Origin: Octopus vulgaris
Lineage: Eukaryota
Length of the DNA: 64,000 nucleotides
Assembly: GCA_951406725.2 (NCBI GenBank)
Contig: OX597826.1
Span: 44,082,001 to 44,146,000, forward strand
Direction: 5' to 3'
Part shown: positions 55,095 through 64,000 of the stretch, in pieces
Numbering within the stretch: the stretch's first letter is position 1
Layout of the letters: every line of letters starts with the position of its first letter
Position numbers and translations under genes: made by a program
The notes under the pieces: generated by a model
What the model was told of the DNA's origin: nothing
Databases searched by the model: none
The model's input: only the letters and a program-made list of their open reading frames with translations

Positions 55095-56490
55095 TTATAA
55101 TATTAAATCTGATATGTAGCATTTGGTGAATATGGGAGTTTGATTTCGCTGCTCTCATTTGCGCCTCTTGGCGCGAGGTAGATTCACCTGGGACTCTTGA
55201 CAGGAAGTGATCCAGTTTTGAACTGAAAACACCTACATCCACTTTGTGTAGGTCCTTCAGGCTCTTTGGGAGAATATTAAAAATCTGTGGGCCCCTGTAA
55301 CCCAGGCTTCAAACTTGCCCATGTGGTTTGGAGCATCCGGTTGGCGATATATATTGTATATGACTATATTGTGTTGACTTATGTATACAATTAAGGCGTC
55401 ACATATTGAATTTGAGTATGACAGCAGGACCTGGAGTGTGAGTTCCCCACAGATGTATATAGCAACTCCACCATGGCTCCTTTCCCTTCTGTCTGTTCGC
55501 AGTATGGTATATTTTGGTGCGTGTAGTTCTGCATCCTCTATATCAGGCCTCAGATAAGTTTCCACGTGTGCTACGGAAAGGGCTTGATTGCATACAGCAA
55601 GGTCCCTCAGGAAAAAGATATTGTTTTTGCTGATGTATATGCAACACGCCCTCAATATTTTGTGAAAATATTGGTATGACGACTGTGCTGGCATTAAGTG
55701 AGGCCATCCCATTTCTTTTGATTGTGGTGGTCTTGCGAAGTGGTGGGAAAGGTTCCGTGTTTGCGCCTGATACAGGCAGGTCACTTGCTGCACAATCGTT
55801 TGTATTATGGTAAAAAAAGACTCTTTCTCAGCTGCTGCCATTTGCAAAGCATCTGAAGAGCGCACTGCATCTGTATACTTTCTCTCTGGTGATGATTGGT
55901 GCCTTTCCTCTGGGAAGTATTTCCCTTAAGGCCCCTGCCGTTTTGGCGGGGTGTCGGGTAAGCAAACAGGCAGTTTGTACCGTCTTTCGCATGCCTTGCA
56001 AGTAAAACCAACACGTCCCCGTCTTCACTCTAAATTTTTTTCTCCCCTCTAGATTTTCGGATTCCATTGGAGCCTCTAGATTTGTTTCTTTTGTTTGGTG
56101 GTTTGGGGTTACGGTTTTACTTTTCGTTGTTTATTCATTTCCTTTTCCTTCCTCTCTTTTTTCTTTCTTATGTTGTTGCTTGTTGTCTTTCCTTCTTTTA
56201 CTAGTGCTAGCCCATGCATTCTTCTGGTTGTTCATAGGAGTGGGGGATCCATTCTGTTGTGGGACCACTGCACAGAGGGACTTCTGCTTGTTACTTCTTC
56301 ATCTTTCCTATCCTTATCAGCCTGGTTGTTCATAGGGTGGAGGATCCATTCTTTTGTGGGACCACTGGATCTGAGGGACATCTGGTTGTTGCTTCATCTT
56401 CCCTATTCTTATCATCTTTGCCCTTTGCCACTGTTCTTTTTCCATGATGACATCAAGTGTGTCAATGTGTGATCTAATAAGGGCATAGGA
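55095..56490 (-). mobile_element. CR1/L2-group LINE, internally deleted (ORF1 remnant + APE endonuclease fused to ORF2 C-terminus)
   Basis: VETYLRPDIEDAELHAPKYTILRTDRRERSHGGVAIYI..IVIYNIYRQPD (APE) joins at ~55308 to SLGYRGPQIFNILPKSLKDL..FSSKLDHFLSRVPGES..RAAKSNSHIHQ (C-terminus). Upstream Cys-rich TCWFYLQG..HP is a CCCH-like ORF1 remnant. Confidence 0.85.
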
Positions 56491-56494
56491 TCGG

Positions 56495-56544
<50 letters not shown>

Positions 56545-56546
56545 AT

Positions 56547-56930
56547 GTGGAGGCGCAATGGCCCAGTGGTTAGGGCAGCGGACTCGCGGTCGTGGGATCG
56601 CGGTTTCGATTCCCAGACCGGGCGTTGTGAGTGTTTATTGAGCGAAAACACCTAAAGCTCCACGACGCTCCGTCAGGGATATGTGGGGATTCCTGCTGTA
56701 CTCTTTCACCACAACTTTCTCTCACTCTTACTTCCTGTTTCTGTTGTACCTGTATTTCAAAGGGCCGGCCTTGTCACTCTCTGTGTCACGCTGAATATCC
56801 CCGAGAACTACGTTAAGGGTACACGTGTCTGTGGAGTGCTCAGCCACTTACACGTTAATTTCACGAGCAGGCTGTTCCGTTGATCGGATCAACCGGAACC
56901 CTCGTCGTCGTAACCGACGGAGTGCTTCCA
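56547..56930 (+). mobile_element. tRNA-derived SINE, family B (tail type 3)
   Basis: TGGCCCAGTGG A-box and GTTTCGATTCC B-box. 10-bp TSD GTGTGTACAT (56537-56546, 56931-56940). 3' hairpin CGTCG-TCGTAAC-CGACG. Confidence 0.92.
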
Positions 56931-56931
56931 G

Positions 56932-56996
<65 letters not shown>

Positions 56997-57746
56997 ATAT
57001 ACATGTATGTATGTATTTCTACCATATATGTGTCTGTGTGCCTCTGTGTGTGTGTACGTGTGTTTGTGTGTACGTGTGTGTGCGTGTGCGTGTGCGTGCA
57101 CACATAGATTCTTATCTTTTTTTTTTTGTATTTGTCTCTTATGGAATGTCGGCAGTTGTTCAAGTTTTCTGATGCAACTGTATCCATGTTTGTCAGAAAA
57201 AAGTCCTAATTAGATGCAATGTCTAACAAGAAGAGATAGGCTGTCGGATTTCGGTATTCTGTTTTATAGTAGGACAGATTTGGCATTGGCATTGATTTCT
57301 TAAAATGCTGAATTAAATTAGTTTGTCGTGGTTTGTCGTGGTTTTCGATATTTCTGCAGGTGTGGAATTTGCTAGTTAATGAGACCTGAGTATGGTAAGT
57401 AACGAAGAATAGAAGTTTGTTATAAATATAAAAATGTGCTTAATTAATTGTAGCGGTAAGTAGGGCATTTATGCAGAGAGGTAAGAATAGACGAGCGATA
57501 GTCATGACAATGTTAACTCGGACTGAGTTACGGAGCTATGAGGAAATAGTTGCTATGACATGCTGCTTCTAATGATTAGCACAAAACTTACGACTTGTCC
57601 AGATGATGGTGTGACTCGATATAAAGGTTGATAGTCTCGGTCTGACCAAATGGATTTTTGTAAGTGGATATGATAGACGGAAACTGAAAGAAGCCGGTCG
57701 TATACACACACACATGGCGTAGGAGTGGCTGTGTTGTAAGTAGCTT

Positions 57747-60040
57747 CGTTACAGGTTGCTTCTGCACATGTGCAAGTCAGTGTTGTGTGTGACACCGAAG
57801 ATGTAAGACGTGTTTTTGAAAGCCGTCTTAAATTGAAGACTTTTGAATACTCAGCCGTAAGGTAAGAATTTTGGGGGTCTAGTTGGGACCTGTTGTATGT
57901 TGCAAATTATTTTTACAAGCAACAAGTCCTCACTAGGCTCTAGTATGCCGGAGGCTGAGTGAAAATACTATTAACTTAATTGTGAAAATTATTGGTTTGG
58001 TAGGCGTATCCTGCCAAACTTTTGTTTGAAAATAGTGTTGTTGCTGTTAAGGAGTACCTAGAAGAAATTTGGAATGATTTTTTAAACTGTTTTACAGTTG
58101 TGTTAAATTTTGGCCGTAACGGTGAATTGAGAATGTTTTTGAAAATTCTTCTTGTGAAATCTAGTGGGCGTATCTCGCCAGAAAAATATAAGAATAAGCC
58201 ATTTGGATTACCTTTTGGATTACCTTTTTGAAGTATTATACAAAGGATTCCCTGTCTGTGCCATTTGTGAGGTTTTTCTTTTAGTTTACCCTTCTCCTAT
58301 TTTTCTTTCTTTCTAAATTTTGGTTCACTCTTTTCATTACTTTAATTTCAGTTCCCTCCCCTCCTATTTTATTTTGTTTTATTTTTATTCGATTTACTTT
58401 TTTTGGCAGACTGTCTTTTGAACTACTTTTGAACTGTTTTTTGACATGGTAGAGAAGGAACTTAAAAAGAAAAACTCTGTCTTAGAGTGGGAAATTAACC
58501 CGCCTAAGCAATGGTTAAAATATATGGAGGAGAAGACGGTTGTACTTAGAACGTATTCTAAAGTTCTTAATTCCATCACCGTCTTCCCAAAACTAGTCAT
58601 AAAAAATGAACTTAAAGAACATTTGTCCTCTGTAAAATATATATCCCGTGGGGTCAAACATGCAACCGTATGGTTGCTGTTTGACAACGGGGAAAGGTTC
58701 GCCAGTTTGCGAGTCAGCCTTTAGAAGGCAAGGAAATTTTGTTTCTCCCGTCATATTGTGGAAGAAAATTAATACGAGCCTGGGTATATGGGCTCCCCCC
58801 GGGTACCGAAGCGGATTGGATTGAAGATACCATCCGGCGGGGACTGGGGGATGGCGGGCCCAGGCTTTTAATGTAAGGGTATTGCCGGCGGTCGATTGGA
58901 AAGGGTAAAAAGCGAGTTTGACCCTGTGGACCCCATCGGCCGCAACAGAACTGGTTTTTCCAGATTTCTTGAAAATAGCTGGCTGCAGGTATCCGGTGAT
59001 ACTTGAGGGACGTCCCCCAAAGTGTCACTCGTGTCTGCAGCCAGGCCACATTAAAAGGAACTACCCCCAGGACCATGGTAAGGCCCTGGAACAGTCAACA
59101 GATGCCAGCTCCCCTACCCGGTCAAAAGGAGAGGTGGATGTGGTCGAGGGGGCTTCAGCCTCCTCAACTCTAAAAGGATTAAAAAGGAAGAAGGCGGGCA
59201 ACAATAGTTGCCCGCCGAAGGAACCTAAGGTTTCGGGAGGCGGGGAAGAATCTCCGGATAAAGCGGAAGAGCTCCACTCTCCCGAAGCCAGGAAGAAAAG
59301 AAAAAAAAAGAAAGAAGCAGAACGGGTCATCTCAGCAGAGAGATGACGTGCCGACTGCATGCCCCGAAGTTGTGCCACCCACGGTGGAAGAAACCACCCC
59401 CACCCTTAAAGATGATCAATTGATTATCTTTTTCTACAAGGGCGGAGAGGTGGACAAAATAGTAGAAGAACATAAAGAAACAGTAGATATGCCCTTCACA
59501 CGAGATCCCGAATGGCCTCCGCAGATAGCTGTGGAGGTCATAAGGTTTCCCTTGTGGGAAAGGCTTAAAGGATTTGGGGAGGAGTGTCGCATATGGCCGG
59601 GTGGCTCTTACACGACTTACATGTCCTACATGAGTGAGGCATGGGAAACGGCGGGATACAGGAACTCAAGCGGCACTGAAGATAATGATGAATATATCAA
59701 TAGATATATCGAAGAGTTGGAGGTGAAAGACCCTCGTTACAGAGTTTGAAACCTCACCTTATTGGACTATTTTGTAGTGGTTTATAACCTCAATTTTGTG
59801 TTTTAAGAAAGAAAATAGAAAATATGTTAAGTAAGAGGTTTTAGTGCCTCCTTGGAAAAGGTTTGAAACCTTATATTGATTTAAAAAAAAAAAAAAAGAA
59901 AATATGTTTTCGAGAAAAATCCAATCGGTGGGTGTTGGGTTTCGTCTCTCATCTATTCATTATAATTGATTTCATTCATTAATGTGTTTGTCCAGCCCGT
60001 AAAGCTCTTTGTACTGTCTATATGACAAATTTATGAAATA
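57747..60040 (+). mobile_element. ORF1-only non-LTR retroelement (Tx1/L1-type, HAL1-like), 2294 bp
   Basis: 9-bp TSD AAGTAGCTT (57738-57746, 60041-60049). ~700-bp 5' UTR with pyrimidine-rich stretch, one disrupted ORF with a zinc knuckle, and a 3' UTR ending GAAATA(AA). No RT or endonuclease. Confidence 0.85.
58446..59749 (+). pseudogene. Gag-like ORF1 nucleic-acid-binding protein with CCHC zinc knuckle (frameshifted)
   Basis: Joins ORFs 58446..58724, 58918..59346 and 59348..59749. YPVILEGRPPKCHSCLQPGHIKRNYP is C-X2-C-X4-H-X4-(C>Y) at 59023-59064, followed by a K/E/S/P-rich region with KKRKKKK. Confidence 0.75.
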
Positions 60041-60897
60041 AAGTAGCTTGCTTACTAGCCACATGGTTCCGGGTTCAGTCCCATTGCGTGGCACCTTAGG
60101 TAAGTGTCTTCTACTTATAGCCTTCTACTTTGGTCGACCAAAGCCTGGTGAGTGGATTTGGTAGACGGAAACCGAAAGAAGCCCGTCGTATATATGTATA
60201 GCTGTTCGGCAAAAGAGACCAATAGAATAAGTACTAGGCTTACAAAGAATAAGTCCTGGGGTCGATTTGTACGACTAAAGGCGGTGCTTCAGCATGGCCA
60301 CAGTCAAATGACTGAAACAAATAAAAGAGTAAAAGAGTAAAAGAATATATACAAACATATATATATCTGTGTGTGCATGTGTATGTGTGTGGGTGTGTAT
60401 GCGTGTGTGTCTCTGTGTCTCTGTTTGTCTCAACCTTCACTGATTGACAATCTGTGTTGGTTTGTTTACGTCTATGTGACTTAGCGATAGAATAAGTTCC
60501 AGACTTAAAAAAAAACAACAACAAAAGAAATGAGTTCGATTCTTTCGACTAAGAATTCTTCAAGGTGATGCTCCAGCATGGCCGCATTCTAATGACTGTA
60601 AAAAAAACTATAAAAAATGAGATACACGATATAAAGGATTTTAATTGAATTTTATGTCTAACCGAAGACAAATCGAAAGTCTTTTGATGTGTGGACTGGA
60701 TAACATTGAGGATCGAAAGAGGAGATTTGCGTTTATGTCCTTTAAATTTGGGGCTGGAAGATAGTAATGGATGCGCAAATGTTATTGTGCATATATCTTA
60801 GAGCAATATTTATAATATCCAGAGACAAATATTCTTGTTGCATTATGTACTCCGTTGACGAGTGAAAATAAGTGGGAGAGAATGGAACCAGCACGTG

Positions 60898-60972
<75 letters not shown>

Positions 60973-61035
60973 AAGAAGAAGAAGAAGAAGAAGAAGAAGA
61001 AGAAGAAGAAGAAGGAGAAGAAGAAGAAGAAGAAA
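60898..61035. repeat. (TAG)n-(GAA)n microsatellite
   Basis: Directly visible. Confidence 0.95.
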
Positions 61036-61067
61036 CAGCAACTTTATTTTAGGCCTTAGGAATCGTC

Positions 61068-61280
61068 CTTCCGATTACCGAGTTTCCATGGCGTATAAGT
61101 GACCTAGATCCCTACACACCCTCTGATTGGGACGCCAGTCCGTAGCGAGGTTACTCATTTACAACTGGATTGGATTTGATATCATGAAACGAAACGCAAC
61201 CCTCTTTCCAGAAACCACCACAACCATGATATTGACGACTTTACGACTGCGAGTACAATAGCCTGCCACTAGGCACCGCA
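61068..61280 (-). mobile_element. Old family-B-like SINE
   Basis: GGGACGCCAGTCCGTAGCGAGGTTACTCATTTACA is a reverse-complement match to the body at 6075-6095; decayed tRNA-like head at ~61230-61280. Confidence 0.55.
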
Positions 61281-61794
61281 GCCATCATTTATAGCTCTCG
61301 TAAAACTTATCCAAATTGCAAAAGAGGTTGCTGTTGATCGTAGGATGGTAGCTGTAGAGGAAAAATTTTTTAGTAGGGTTTCGAGAAGTTTGAAGATCTA
61401 GAGAGAAAGAATCAGTAGAAGTGTCTAATGCTTAGTTTTTAGAATATAGTTAAATATAAAAAAAAAGAGAGGGATTCAGCTAGAGCTCTCTCTGTACACA
61501 ACTTGTTAATCTTCATAGATAATGCTTGGGTACTTTGGTGCGAATGTAGTCGCAGTAGTGGGTAGGAGGCAGGTTGGAAATAGAGTATTAGGGAGAGATG
61601 AGAAACAGTAGCACAATGTGTCGTTATAAAAATTATAAAAGAACTGATTATTCTTAGTCCCCACCCCCATCACAGCTCAACAAGCAGTAATAACAGTAAG
61701 ACTTTATTGGAAGAGTTGATACCTTCGGAAAACGCACACACAACATGATCCATTCTCCCACCCCTGCTACAAATAGGGAGTCTTGTGATCCTAA

Positions 61795-61975
61795 AGACTA
61801 ATGAATAGACTAACAAGATCAACATGACTAACGTGATTATACATAACTATGCATGACTACTAACGTAGCCAACATGATTATTCATGATTAACGTGGCTAA
61901 CATGACTATTCATGAATAACATGACTATTCATGAATAACATGACTATTCATGAATAACATGACTAACATGGCTAC
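61795..61975. repeat. Minisatellite of 9-10-bp AACATGACT-like subunits with three exact 19-bp units AACATGACTATTCATGAAT
   Basis: Directly visible; exact units at 61899-61955. Confidence 0.9.
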
Positions 61976-63719
61976 AGTTAGTAGCCGGGAGAATTTTGAC
62001 AGCTTCCTTACATATATAACAATCATATGATGAACTAGTTGATTAGGTTACTGACGTGTTAGGGATTAGGTGGGAAAGTATTGAAAGATAAAGAAAGAAA
62101 CGTTATATTGTTCTTCTTTTAAAGGAATAATGAAGCTATACGCAAATATCATATAGCAACGAAGTATGAAAGATAAACATCCCCATGCAACAATGTAAAC
62201 TAAATAACACCGGCCTCTCTTGCAATTTCCTACGGCTATCGGTGTTTGATATCCAAAAAGGAAAAATATTAAATCTTGATCGAGAACGTTACGCAGTCGT
62301 GACTTGCTGAGTGAATAAGAACAATGTATTGTGTGCGAGGAATAAACATTTTCTCCATTTTAGTCGTTGAATAAGTTACTACAGAAAGGTTATTTGATAA
62401 TATACTTTCGACGGTAATATTTTCTGATTCATGGAAACTTTATAGATGTGTCCGTCACTAAAAGAACTCGTAATATAGAAGCGGTCTTCTTTTGCGTCGT
62501 ATTGTGTTTTATTATGCTATGAACATTGTGGATTCAACACGACACAGTAAATATTTATATTTTGGATATTTTACAATTATTTCAAGCACTATGAGATGTT
62601 TGGTGGCCACAACACATTCGTTTTAGACATTCAGAGTGCAGCAGAACTTATTTACAAGCAAATACAGAAAAAAAGCGCCATATTTGTAGCATGAGTGCTG
62701 GTATATATCTAAGCCTTTTTGATTGATGCGTGGAAAATTAACTTTAGGTTGATCCCATTCGTTATGAATTTTTTTTATTCTTTATTTGTCTTATCGCGGA
62801 TGTATTAAATTGTAACTCTGTCGTTGTAAAAAGATTTAACAGCAGTGGCATCGTACTTAGCCTTTCTTCTGTATCTATTTTTTGTTGTTGTTGTTTAGAT
62901 TTAGTTGTTGGTAGTTTCAAGTGAACAACATAAGAAACCAGATGTTAAGAAAATGACCCTGTCTAACATATTTACCTTCAACCTGTTTGCTGATAAAAAT
63001 CGAGGTCAGACATAGACCTAGACTAAGTAATACCCCATTCATGCTTTACCAGTGTTGTAGACATTATCTTAGACGCCCGTGTATTGATACGATTTAACAT
63101 CCAATTACCGAATTTGTAGGGGGAAATGGTTTATATCAGAGAAAACAGCAAGAGAGATAAATGCATCACACATGAACGGGATACAAGGTTACAAAACCTT
63201 TATTAAAGAAGCTCGACATATTGCTACTCTGTTGCTATACTTTCTAATTATTCTGTTTAGATTAACTTATTTTATTTTAACTTGTGGTATTTTATTGCTT
63301 GATACTATATAACCTAATTGCCCACTGCAATTAAATTGTGATTTTTATCGATATGTTTTTGTTATTGATCTTTCATAACCGCTTACAGATATAATCGAAA
63401 TTTTAGAAAATTTTAAAATATATTTTGGATATATATATATATTTTCAATAATTTTCTATCTTATTAATTGTATCACACTAATAGTATTTAAGATGAAAGT
63501 ACGTTAAAACAACACAGAAAAGTTAATTAAATGAAAAAGAAGAACTTCAAAGTATACATATCATTTTATTAGTGCTTAATATACATGACTTGATAAAATC
63601 GGATAGAAACCTATGAAAATGGCTCCATATAACTCAGCATCAAACAGAATTGCTAAAAGCATATTCACCAAGTAAAGGTTCTATTAATGTATATTTGATC
63701 TGCATGCTTTTAAGTTAAC

Positions 63720-64000
63720 GGACAATCCTTCATTTAGGAAGAATTCTTGCTTTACGAAGCCTTCTCAGTCGCTAATATGTCTCGAAGCCCATTTCTAGCA
63801 AACACATGCTTTCCTGTTTCCGCTTCTTTATTCTTAAATATTATTAATTCTGGCCACCCGTAGTATGCATCAATAAGTATTATGAAACTTCCATTATTCT
63901 TGACGTAAGCATGATTCATGTGCACATGTTTCCATGCTTTAATTTCTGAGGCCATGCGTGCACTGCGTGTGTGCCGTTCCACATCTTCATATTCATAACT
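63720..64000 (-). pseudogene. Ty3/Gypsy integrase core fragment
   Basis: AWKHVHMNHAYVKNNGSFIILIDAYYGWPELI..VFARNGLRDILATEKAS resembles PW.R.H.D.A....FLI.VDA.S.WPE...F.R.G.P..LVTDN. Runs to the window edge. Confidence 0.8.

Larger units (their letters stand above)
57629..60600 (+). mobile_element. Nested SINE C copies: old copy split into 57629-57715 and 60345-60600; younger copy split into 57716-57746 and 60041-60344
   Basis: The old copy's GACGGAAACTGAAAGAAGCCGGTCG + microsatellite continues at 60345 into its 3' half. The younger head GGCGTAGGAGTGGCTGTGTTGT AAGTAGCTT continues at 60041 with AAGTAGCTT GCTTAC..GGTTCAGTCCC. Confidence 0.85.

Noticed and set aside
61795-61975. Regularly spaced short palindromic repeats (CRISPR-like look)
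   Set aside because: Units are contiguous with no unique spacers, no cas genes, and eukaryotic context.

Overview
AT-rich eukaryotic, non-coding DNA (intronic or intergenic). The dense (TA)n/(CA)n/(TACA)n microsatellites and the SINE families suggest a cephalopod, probably Octopus; this is inference from repeat style. No host protein-coding gene, rRNA, true tRNA or CRISPR array is supported, and most listed ORFs are microsatellite read-throughs. The window is a mosaic of mobile-element relics: three tRNA-like SINE families (A, B, C here; several copies with clear TSDs), three mariner relics, a pogo-type MITE, non-autonomous Helitrons, decayed R4/Dong and CR1/L2-type LINEs, a Penelope GIY-YIG fragment and a Gypsy integrase fragment. 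Two signals stand out. (1) A 2.3-kb TSD-bounded non-LTR element with only a zinc-knuckle ORF1 (HAL1-like, Tx1/L1 type) sits in the tRNA-like head of a SINE, within a three-layer nest (57629-60600). (2) Several foldback or inverted-repeat elements in (TA)n tracts have arms that fold into type I hammerhead ribozyme motifs of the Penelope-associated kind (13576-14720, 13216-13440, 28439-28684). All alignments were done by eye; boundaries lacking a TSD or TIR are approximate.
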